A stretch of 63,998 nucleotides of DNA, the filler included, from Rhizaria sp. SCN 62-66 (lineage: Eukaryota): NCBI GenBank assembly GCA_001724265.1. It is 4 parts of 4 records of this genome, joined end to end, with 100 filler letters (N's around TTAATTAATTAA, not from the genome) between each part and the next. Parts side by side here need not be neighbours in the genome. Positions count along the whole stretch, not along the records: positions 1 to 19,241 come from MEDY01000468.1; positions 19,342 to 38,507 come from MEDY01000469.1; 2 more parts are not named here. One strand, given 5' to 3'. Each line of letters opens with the position of its first letter. Positions within the stretch are counted from its first letter, which is position 1. Position numbers and translations under genes: made by a program. Below, piece by piece: positions 12,275 to 23,242 of this stretch. The notes under the pieces were generated by a model, which was not told the DNA's origin, did not search any database, and was given only the letters and a program-made list of their open reading frames with translations.

Positions 12275-15025
12275 GTCCTGTTGGCGATGGCTGTGCTTGC
12301 CGTTGCCCTCGATCATCGCCGTGCCGTCGATAGCAATGTACACTCCACTGGTGCGACCGCTGCCACGACTGTGCTCCGCATTACCGTTGTGCCCAGTGTG
12401 CCAGTGGCCGCGCTCCGCGTCGCCGTCGCCACCGGCAGCGCCGCCGCTGGAGTGCGACGACTCGTCCGCAAAGCTGTCCGTTGTTTGTGCGTCGCCGACG
12501 CTGGACACAGTGCTCTGCACGCTGGCGGGCACAGTTGGCGCCGGCAGCATTAGCGACTGGGCCAGCGGGGTCAGACACACGCCGCCCGAGTCGGAGCCGC
12601 CGGCGCCGGGGCCGCGGGTGACAGCGTGCGCTCCCGCCAACGCGCAACCGTGGGTACCTGTGGCCGGGCCAGCGTGTGTGTACGCAGGCGTGTTGTCATG
12701 TGTCTGCGCGTATGCTCCCGTATGGGGCCGGACTGGAGTGCTTACAGTGCGCTTGACAGAGCCGGAGACAAGTGTGTGCGCGGCGAAGAGGCTGCCAAGG
12801 CTGCCTGAAGTGGCAGCGGCATCTGAGTCCGCAGCAGCCGCAGCAGCCGCAGCCGCGGCGTCAGCAGCCGCAGCAGCCGCAGCCGCGGCGTCAGCAGCAG
12901 CGGAAGCTGCGCCGTCAGCGGCAGTGGCTGCAGTAGAGGTCAGAGACGGCGAACGGTTGGGCGAAGCCGGGAAGCTAGACGGGATGGCGCTGTCACTCAT
13001 GCTGATGTTCCCGAAATCGTTGGTGTTCGTGTTGGTGTTGAAGTTGCTGTTGCTCATGTTAAAGCTGATGTCAGTGCTTTCAAGGCTGTTTAAGCTATTG
13101 TTGTTGTTCTCAGCGAGATCTGTGACCGCGACGGTTGTGCTCGTGTTGCTGTCAGCAGAGGTTGCGCCAGAGCCATCGCTGTCGCTGCCGTCGCCGTCGC
13201 CCGTGCCGCCCGTGCCGCCAGTGCCGCCAGTCACACCCACACTGGCGCCTGCACTCGCACCCACAGGTTCACTTGCGCCCGCTCTCGCGCTTGCGCTTGC
13301 ACTCGCGCTGGCGGCCTCACTGCCAGCACTCGTATTAGCGCTGGCTTGGTCACTTATGATATCGTCCTCTGCGTGCGCTTGCGAGCCAGAATGGGTCACA
13401 CTTGAAAACGACATTGACTTGGCAGTCGGACTCTTATGGCCGCTGCTGAGTGACTGTGAGCTCGCATCGGCGCTGTCGCCAGTGTAGGCGTTGCTGCTGC
13501 TTCTGCTGCCGAGTGACGGCGAGCGTTGCAGCAGCTGCAGCTCCTGCCGCGTTGGGATGCGGAGCAGCGCCGGTGCAATCAGCGGACTGTCATCCTCGAC
13601 CAAGGACCCGCTGGTCGCAGAGTCGCAGTCGCTGTGCTGATCAGTGAGGCTGTGGTCACGGATGTCATGTGTTCCATGACTACTGGTCTCGCTTTGGCTG
13701 GGACCACCGCCCGTTGGGTCGTGAGTGTCACGAGTGCCGCTCTGCTCACGGTCACCCTGACCGTTGCTGTGACCGCACCTCAGGCTGTGATCGCCGCGGT
13801 GACTTTGACGGCGACTGTCGTCAGCGTTTGTGTCAGCGGTGTTCTTGCTAGACTGTGTACTGTCGCAGTCGCTAGTGTCCGACATCCGCAGAGTCACAAC
13901 ATAGCTATCGAGAGCTGACTCGCTGTTATCGGTGGAACTGCTGTGGGCCGTGTTGGCGTTGTCGCTATCACTCTGAGAGAGGCGCTTAAACGGAGTCCAT
14001 GTTGCAAGGTGCTTCGACTTGCCAAGAGGGTATTTGGACGCAGCGCCATGATTGGGATCATAGTCGTCGTTATCGTCGCCACCGATGTCGTTGCTTCCGT
14101 CGTCGTTGCCGTTGATTTCGCCGTCACCCATCACCGTCCCCAACTTGCGCTGTTGCCGCCGGGGCCGTTCTTGCTGGAGCAGTGAGAATGGCAGCGGCGG
14201 CGACGACTGTGAGCTGCGCGGAGCAGCCCCTAGCCCAGCTCCAGTCAAAGCCCCAGTCAAGGCGGCCCCCGCTACAGTCGCAGCGCCAGAGCCAGTGCCG
14301 GGCATGGAGGACGAAGCAAGCGAGTTGATAGCAGGCGCATGTGTGGCAACAGGGGACCGCACGCTGACCCGCAGCAGCCCGTTCGGCGGCCCGCCGCCAG
14401 CTAAGACCAGGCCCGCACTCGCACTCGCGCTCGCGCTCGCGGTGGCGCCGGCCAGGGGGCTCGCGGCGCCAGTGTGGACGTGGGCGCTGGCGGGGCCGCT
14501 GGGAGTGGTGGCACGGCGGGGCGGCTTCGGCGGCGGCGGCGGCATGAGCAGGGACGACGCAGAAACACCGACGTCGCTGTTCGACGCGGCTGCAAAAGAG
14601 AAAGACGGGGAGCGGCGGGCGAGAAGGGTCGGTAACGTGGAAGGCGGTGAAGCGTGCGGAGACGCTGAGATGATTGGTGGTGAGCCGACGTGGCCAGTGG
14701 GGCCTGTCAAGGGGGAACTCACAGCCGCTGAAGTGCCGGTTACTAATCCAGTGCTATGGTTGTTCCTGGCGGCCGGATTCGAGAGACTCGCGCGGAACAC
14801 GCCACCTGGGACAAGGTGTGTCTCTTTCACTCGGCGAGGAGTGCGTTGTTGGTACTGTTGTTGCTGTTGTGGCTTGGGCGAAGCAATGAGAGGAGGTGCA
14901 GTGGTACGCTCTGCATCAGAAACAGAAGCTTGAGCGGCTTCGTTAGAGTCCGTGGCGCCGTGGCTCGGGTCACTGCTGGAAGCAACGCCCGGAGATGCAA
15001 GGGCTGCGCTTTTGTGCCTGGGCAT
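7442..15025 (-). CDS. Large low-complexity/coiled-coil protein of unknown function (2 exons, ~2480 aa)
   Basis: ORFs 15025-~10561 (MPRHKS...) and ~10419-7442 join in frame across a GTCCGT...TTAG intron (SASK|EHVSAEME). Central Ala/Glu/Arg heptad region; Ser/Thr/Gln-rich disordered flanks. No family recognised. Confidence 0.7.
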
Positions 15026-15469
15026 GATTGGGAAGAATGAGAGTGCGCGCGCACGTATGCAGCTTGCAGCTCCGACTCTTTCTGACCTGTTGGGAAACGG
15101 TAAAGCGTGGCACATGAAGAAGTCTCGTGAATAAGGGAAGATGTGGGAGAGCAAGTTACTGTCAATATATGTAGTAGTAACGTGTTTGACGATTTTATGC
15201 TGCGTGTGAGCAGGTTTAAGTCGGGCTTGAGTGGGCAATTTGAACGAGAGCCTTGTCAAGGCCACACCTCGCCAAAGCAACATTTGGGGAAAAACACTGT
15301 CAGGATAATTGTATCGTGGTATTCCAAAATGATTGCACCGTTTATTTTACGTTAAATGTATAAAACTAACATTGATATCTCATTTGACAATATCCTTCAA
15401 GCTGTAAATTTTTTTTCAAGTTGTTTCTCTGTCGCCTGTGCACGATCCCCAAGGTCAAGCCGAATCTGC

Positions 15470-16180
15470 CGCGCTATAAACCCGCGGATACTCGATCAGC
15501 TTGGTGTTAGCGTTCCCGACGCCAAACATCGTCAAGTGCTTCATGAGCTTTTTCTCAACTCTCTCGCGCGCTCCGCCTCCATGGCCAAGATTCGTAAGAT
15601 CGATTTGCTCTCCGAGCAAGTAGCACCCGCTGCCGGCGCTGCTGAAGCTGGTACTGGCATTGGCGAAGATGGTGGAGTTGAGTTGCAGGCATTGTTGCTT
15701 GCCGCCATGCCCGCCGAGATCATTTTTGTAGATTCTGCGTACTCTGCCGGCTTTAACGCTCGCGCAGGGCGATGAGGTAATCAACCGTGCGATGCGCGGC
15801 AACTGGCGTAACCCGGCGATGCTGATGGCGCGCCCCATGGTGCTCGCAGTCCTCTTGGTCCTGTTTGAAAGCATCTATGTCCAGGCTCAGGTCACCTCGC
15901 AGTCGGCCGCCACGTTGCTCATCGCCGCCGCCATCGTCGACGGCATGTTCGGCTCCGTCACGCACTCGCCGTCGTCGCTGCCCCGCAATATCAGCGACCG
16001 TGCGGTGTTATACCGCGAGACATCCTCCGGTATGTACTGACCGACGGTGTGGGCCATTGGGACTTTGCCTTGCGACATTGTGTGACGCATTCACGGCGTG
16101 TTATTCCTTCAGATCCCGATGTGCTTCGCGATGGCGCTGCTCAACGACACGTCGGCCTTCTTCAAGTACTTTAGGTGACA
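15470..16180 (+). pseudogene. ABCG/PDR-type ABC transporter membrane-domain relic
   Basis: Fragments ...WRNPAMLMARPMVLAVLLVLFESIY... and ...SDRAVLYRETSSGMY* resemble the ABC-2 TM motif ERxVFYRE..SGMY. In-frame TGA after GMY, frame breaks, no NBD nearby. Confidence 0.6.
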
Positions 16181-17201
16181 GGCGCTGTTGCAGCGCCAGG
16201 CTTAACACGCTGGTTCGTTTAATGAAAATACAGTATTGCTCTTTGAATCAGTTTAGCACTCAGGATGCGATGCTGTGTCTTAAGTGCTATTACTATAGTA
16301 GTATAGGTATAAAGTCTCTATTAATGAGTACTGTCGATAGCGCCAATAACCATGTGTAGTAGGGGTTGGATACCTATGCTAATGAAAACGTTTGACGAAG
16401 AAGGAGCTTCACATGCTACTGTGTAAGACATATATTATCAGCATGACTGCGCTGCGGTAATCTTGTTGATCAAGTCGTCAAAGCTGAATTTTGTATATCA
16501 AGCGACGCGTCTGATTCTGCAATACTATTACAATAGAACCATATGGATCCCATTGGCATATACACGTACGTACGTATATGTATTACATTGTACATACACC
16601 GGTACTGAGCGTTTTCAGATCGACAACCTAAGGCCTATGACTGGATAGACAACATCAGTAATGTAATTTGAAATGAGCCACCGCTAGTTGTCCGAGATAT
16701 GTACTTTTCGTATTGTATGCAATCGCTGCATTGTACTTTTTATACTAGCAATCTCACTCCACTCGTCACATACGGGTCGGATGGACCGAAAAAATTGCAA
16801 ACATCGCCAACCGTCTATTGATGGTCAATGCGTGTCATCATCGAACTTTTCAAGAAGAGATAGTGAAACTACAACATTGCGGACGATAATGCTGGGCGCG
16901 TTTTCCAATGTAATACATGTAAAAGTTAATCATATTTATACCTCGGCCTTTACAACGTCATTTCTGAGCTCATTCTATCACAAGGCGTGATCGCGAGATG
17001 ACCACTGCGCTATCGTTGCCATTCCGCAGTTTTACGACGTGTGTTTACGTCCCGTATAAGGGATATTGTCCGCACAAAATTCTGATATTTTGTGGAGATA
17101 TTCTTCCAAATTGTTCGGCAATGTTCCACCACAGTAGTAGTATCGCTCAATCTCACCACCTCCACCCTTTTACCTTTTTGTGCGGATGCCCCTAATAATA
17201 G

Positions 17202-19241
17202 ATGACTTTGCTTTGGGGTCTTCGACGGGCTTGCCCACTAGTCGCGGTGATACTGCTCACATTTTTCCTATCTCTTGCGTCTGCGATTACTTTCGATGGG
17301 GTCACATTCACTGAAGACTCAGCCAACAACGGTCTGAGTGGCACACAGAAGTTCACTGTGGCGTGGACATCAGCGACCTTTGGTTCGCCTCTGGAGACAC
17401 ACGGGTTTGCTATCGCGTACGACGGCGCCATTGACTCCCCCGACATGATCGAGGGGGCCACGGTCACTACAACGATGTCGTGTTCCGTTTCTGTCAGCTT
17501 CGCGGACCGTGGGATGAATATTGGTATCTCCGCCTGTATTCCCCTTTTCCCCATGGCTGCCAATAGCATCACTCTTACTTTATCACGCCCGATTGATACT
17601 TCTATCCCATGTAATTCATATACCCCGTTCCAACTAACGTCAACGCGGTCTATTCTCCAACCTTCCCCTATTAGCGCCAACTTTTACTGGACGATGTGCC
17701 CACTTAGTTTTACGAACCCCTTGCTGACTTCCTCTCTCACTCTTGGCGTTCCTAAGGTCACATTCTCATGGTCAGAGTTCTCGAAACCCATCATCAGTGA
17801 CAGTATCACGCTGAAGCTTGAGCCTGATACTGGCGCACGTGTCTTTTCACGTATAACTTCCTCTGGTGATCTCGTTGTTTTCGAAGGCGTTACTCTAAGG
17901 GCGACTAAGACCGATGACACGATCACGCTGACGTTTACTTTTTCTGCCGGCGTGTCGCTCCCGGCGTCGAGCGCCATTGACATCCCCTCTGAAATAATCG
18001 GTCCGTGCACCTCTGCTGGCTCGAGCGGTGTCTACGCGCTGTCGGCGGCGTCGGGCACTATCACAGGTTTGCCCATCCATGTCACCGTAAATCTCGGATC
18101 GTGTCCCCAGATGCGCGGCACGCAGCTCAGCATGACTACTAACGCAGCCTCGTCTGTTGTTCTTGTCACCGTGTCATGGGATAGCTTTATCAGCACGGCG
18201 CTGCCATCTCTCAAGTTGAGTATCGTCAATGCACACGATACTGAGATCCTTGGTAGCGTTGTTACGAGCCCGGTAACGTTTAACACCGACGCGAGCATGA
18301 CTGCAAACATTTTGTTTGAGTCGCACGTTCACACAATTGTTTTTAGCAACACCACCATTGCCGTGTTCAGCAATGCTGGTGCGGACTCTTTCACATTCCA
18401 AGTTCGCTTGGCCTCCTAGCTGTCGTGTGGGACCACAACCCTGTATAGCCTTGCTCCGCTCTACCCTGATAAAATGTCGATGTTGAGCAGCACAAACGGC
18501 GGTGTCAGTGGAATCGCTGCGACTGAGGCTTGCGGCAACGAGTTCGGCTCCGTCGCACTCGCCGCGAAGTTTGACCCCGCTCACGCGACTGCGGGCTCCG
18601 CGACCCTGCGCGTGCAGTGGGAGTCGCTCACTGAGACCGTCGGTTTCACTGGCGCGGACGTCTTCTACATCGCGCCTGACACCGATAAGGGCTTCTTCAC
18701 GGGCGTCGAATCCTCGGTCACGGTGATGGCCGCGTCGGGTGGCGGCACTCCCGCCACCGGCGTCACTGCGACTGTGCGCTACCAATCTCAAGACGGCACT
18801 TTTGTTGTCGCGATCAGCACGTCTGGCGGGGCAACGTTCCCCGCCTCGGGCTACTTCGATATCACGCCAGTGCGCGCGACGGGCAACGTCGCCGAAAGCA
18901 TGGACTGTGAGGCGTCTGTTGAATACACCGTCTCTGGCGCCAGTGACGAAAACAAGGTGGTTGAAGCCTCTTCCGGCTCAGCTTCGAGCGATTTTCTCTG
19001 GTCGTGGTGTCCCGTCAAGTTCAACGGCGCGAAGCTGACCTTCGCGGTCAAGCCAGACGGCGCACCGCAGGTGACCGTGGGCTGGGACTCGATCGCCGCC
19101 GCCGCCGGCAACCCGCTGTCTCCTCAGCTGCGTCTGGCGACTGCCAGCAGTGGCAGCGGTCTCTTCAAGGCCGCGCAGTCCACTCTGCTCTTGAACGGGA
19201 ACGCGGATCACCCTGTTGCGGTCGATGTCGCCGCGGACCGC
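17202..19241 (+). CDS. Secreted/surface protein with tandem ~130-150-aa beta-rich repeats; in-frame TAG at 18417-18419; truncated by contig end
   Basis: N-terminal signal-peptide-like stretch (LVAVILLTFFLSLASA). Repeats carry recurring WxxCP..F and VTV(S/G)W(D/E)S motifs. ORFs 17202-18419 and 18474-19241 are in the same frame with only the TAG between them. Confidence 0.7.
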
Positions 19242-19341
19242 NNNNNNNNNNNNNNNNNNNNNNNNNNNNNNNNNNNNNNNNNNNNTTAATTAATTAANNN
19301 NNNNNNNNNNNNNNNNNNNNNNNNNNNNNNNNNNNNNNNNN
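19242..19341. other. Artificial contig linker (N-run + TTAATTAATTAA + N-run)
   Basis: Six-frame stop linker flanked by Ns; same design at 38508-38607 and 58470-58569. Confidence 0.98.
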
Positions 19342-19342
19342 T

Positions 19343-20000
19343 TTACGCGGTGGTGGTCTTCTTCTGGAACTTCTGGCCGGGCTTCTTGAAGACGCGCTTG
19401 GCAGGGCCGGCGTTCTCAACAGTGACGGGGACAGAGGACATGTTGAGGGACTTGAGCATGGCCTGGGTGTCCTTGTCGATGGCGGGGGCATCGACCTCGA
19501 AGGCGGACTTCTCGGGGATGTAGTCCATGCGGCGCTCGCGCTCCTCCTCCTGGAGACGGAGAGAGATGCCCTTGACGGGGCCGCGCTGGATGCGCTTCAT
19601 GAGGTGGGTCATGAAACCGGCGATCTGGTTGCGAACGCGCTTGGAGGGAGTGTCAGCCATGGTGGCCATGAGGCGCTTGTTGGTGTCGAAGTCGAAGGTG
19701 AGCTTCGAGTAGTACTTCTCAATGATCTGGCGCGAGGAGCGCTTGACGAGCTTATTACGAACGCGACCCTATAGTGCGGAGATAATGTAAAGCAGTGTCA
19801 ATTTAAGAAACAATGTGTGAGATCAAAAGAAGATAATGGTAGGCCAAACTACGTGAGACAAAAGGCACTGCGGCGAGTTGGACACTCTGGCTTGGAAGTC
19901 AAACGCGGGGCGATATACAGCACCAACCCGCGGCTGGGAGAAACTGCCTATAATAGTGCGTAAGAGAATATGAGTGCAAGAGTTTCCTGGTACGTACCAT
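19343..20000 (-). CDS. RPS17: 40S ribosomal protein S17 (eS17)
   Basis: ATG-only first coding exon (20000-19998), GTACGT...TAG intron 19997-19769, exon 19768-19343. Translation [33 protein letters not shown]...[40 protein letters not shown]. Confidence 0.98.
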
Positions 20001-20534
20001 GTTGGAGAAAAATCCGTCTTTGGTTCAAACGAAGGCAAGAAAGTCAACAGCTCGTCTTGTCCTGATGCGCATTAGGGCCGGCCTCGCGGTCGCCAATCAA
20101 GTGACCGTACGCAGAAAGTGCGCACAGTCACTTGAGTCATTAATGAAATCGACATATTCTTGCTGTATCTTACGATGATGACAACTTATGAATATAGAAA
20201 TAGTGAAACAGTATATGATAGTGTGTATAGTTTGTTTATGTATGAACAATAAAAGTCAAAAGTGCGATATACAAGTAAACCCCACGGAAATAAGATAATC
20301 TGCGTGGCCACACAATCAATCAAGTCAGCTCGAGGGGTGGCTCAGTGGCCCTCATAACGCGTCGTCTCAACTCGGTTCAGTTCGCCTGCGTCCCAGCTCA
20401 TCACCACATCACAGACAGTCTGTCGCTGTGTGCACAACAACCTGCTAGTGGGGCACAAAGCTCACAGCAGTGGGCAGCGCTGATTGCTATCAAAAAGCTT
20501 AATAAGCTGGTGAGTGAAGCTGAAGCTGACTCGC

Positions 20535-22569
20535 TCACCGTGCGTCCGCGTCCCTAAAGTGGGCCAGGAGCGCGGGCACCATCACGTTGACGAAGCCGTC
20601 GTTGAGGTCGTGCGCGCCGCGCGGCACCGTCACCAGTCGGCAGTAGCCGGTGCTCGTGTTGGCAGTGGCGCCGTCTGCGGTGTGGCCGTTAGTGGGGCTG
20701 GTGACCGGGCTGGCGACGGGGCTGGCCGTCTCAAGCCAGCTCACGGTCGTCTCGGCGGGCACCGTGCTCACGGTCACCCCGGGCCGGATCTCCACCTCGA
20801 CCACAGTGCTCTCACTGGCGCTGGCACTGGCACTGGCGCTGGCGCTGCCGGCGCTGGGACCGGGAGTCGCGAGCGGCACGGCGCGGTGCGTGGTCACTGT
20901 TGCCGTCCGGGGCTCGCCGCGCGCGGCCGCAAGCGTCGACACCACGTGCTCGCTCGACACGTACTCGCACTCGCCGCCAGTCCCAGTCCCGGCCGCGTTG
21001 TCGGCGCTGGCGACGGGGCTGGCGCAGAGCAGGCCGCTGCGGAGGACTGTGTAGGTGTGCACGCCGCAGGGGTAGGGCACCAGCCGGTCGCGGTCGCCGT
21101 GCACAACCAGCGAGCACAGCTGCGGCGCCACCGACGCCAGTGCGGCGTCGCGGCACGGCGCCTATGACAACACAGGCGCACAGGGAGACGTACAGTTGAG
21201 ATGTGGTAGAGTGGAGTCATAGAGACATCATGTTGGGATAAAATTGGGGATATCATACAAAAAACGTGAGCGATTGAAAACAACCAGAAAAATCAAGCGT
21301 ATTCATCATGGAAGATAGCTGGACAACTCTAGCATTGCACGCGTTGACGTACGGTTTCGATGGCGCCGACCTGGCGGACGACGCCGGTGCGGTCGATCTG
21401 GCGGCTGATGGAGACCTCGAAGTGCTTCCTGCGGCTGAGCCCGGCGTTGAAGGTGTCGTCGTGCGCGCCGGTGCCGGTGAGCATGTTGCCGGCCATCATG
21501 AAGCGCACGTTGGCCTCTGCGTCGTCGGCGGGCGGCACGCGGCGCATGAGGAAGAGGCGCGCGAGGAACAGCAGCGAGGGCGCCAGCGCGGGGTGCAGAC
21601 GGCCCGTGGTGGACATGACCGAGGTGAGCGAGCGGACGCGGTGCGGGGCCGCGGCGGCGAGGCACTGCGCCACCATGCCGCCCATCGACACGCCCACGAC
21701 GTGCGCGCGCGCGACGTGCAGGTGGTCCAGCAGCTGCAGGCAGTCGCCCGCCATCGCGTTGAGCGTGTACACGGGCGGCGCGTGCGCGCGGCGCAGCAGG
21801 CCCAGCTCGGCCAGCAGCGAGCGCTTGCGCCGCGAGAGCACGACGCACACCAGAGACAGCAGGGCCAGCCCGGCGCAGATAACGATCGAGGACGCCGAGG
21901 ACGCTGGTGCGCCGGGGCCGGGAAAGAGCAGGCGCGACGCCGACACCAGGCTGGCGATGCCCGCCGCGGTACCGATGACGCTCTGCAGGGCAGTGGCAGT
22001 GTGAACACAAAGAGCGACAACAAACAAAAATGTGAGTGATGAATGTGTCATTGAAGAGAGCTCATAGAGGGCGACAAAAGAAACAGCACAAAACGTACGT
22101 TGCCAAACGCGTTTGCCATGGCGCGGAGGCGGCGGCGGATCATATTCTCCGGCTTGAGGTGGCGCAGGTAGGTGGACAGGCCGGCGTCGCGGTTGTCCAT
22201 GCGGATCACGCGGTACCCCGCGGCGACCAGCGGCGTTACCACCGAACGGTCGCCCCAGTGGATCAGCTGGCCACCAAGGCTGCGCGCGAGGGTGAGTGCA
22301 AGGCGTGGGTGGAGCCGCGAAATGTTGACAGTGAGCGTGCAAGAGAGACACGCAAGGGGGTGGCGATGGGGCGACGGCAAGCATCGGCGATGAGAAAGTG
22401 TCGATATCTGCATGAAACATAAGCACCTAGAAGAAACGCCTTGTCTGAAAAAAGAGTATTAAACGTACCCCATGATAAGAAGAACGGCAGGACCGTTTTC
22501 TGGTCCGTGGACATCGTACTCGATCTCGAGCTTAGTGCCGTCGCTGTGCGAAATCGAAGCGCGGGGCAT
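20535..22569 (-). CDS. Alpha/beta-hydrolase fold esterase, 4 exons
   Basis: Exons 22569-22469, 22279-22099, 21982-21353 and 21161-20535 are frame-consistent. Motifs: LLIMG|LGGQLIHW, GYRVIRMDNRDAGLS, nucleophile GVSMGG, acid HGDRDRLVP, His in GAHDL. Confidence 0.9.
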
Positions 22570-23242
22570 TCTGTGTAAAAATAAAGAAATCGACACGAAA
22601 ACAAGATTTTAAGCATAATAATAAAGGGAACATGTATACAATAAAGTGTCAAACCTGGAAACATCTGTAAATGCATCAACGACGAACGTTGCGCAGCAAA
22701 AGACTGGTGTTTGGGAGAAGGTCTAAAGAGCCGAGCCGAAGCGTGGCGGACGTCGTTGTCAGAAACCCCGCTCACAAAACCAAAAACGAACTTGATACGC
22801 GTGTGTAACGTTTCTCAAATCTGATGAAACTTTGCTATGTGCAATAAGAGTTATATGTAACAAGCGCATCATAAAAGCAACACATTTGAATAGCATTGTG
22901 GTCGATTATATTTGACATTTTTCATATGTTACAGTTACGTAACGGTTTTGAGTTGCAGTAATTGTCGAATTTGTTTGTAATTTATGAATTAATTAACTAT
23001 GGTAACTAACACACACGGCAAATCCCCCTGCCACACGCGCATCACCTCTTGGCCATTCTGATTTCCCCCGTGCTCACGACACTTGCACTCTTGCACTCAC
23101 ACTCTGCGCGTGCATAATGATTGAAATAGACTATTGTTGGAAACAAAGCATCCAGAAAAACGAACACTGACAGCTAATATTACGATCTACACGAGTAACG
23201 ATCAACCGCCTCAGCACCTCGCGGCAGCTTCTTGCTGCGCCG

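Noticed and set aside
19286..19297. TTAATTAATTAA palindrome occurring three times between N-runs
   Set aside because: Artificial six-frame-stop linker; gene adjacency across it has no biological meaning.
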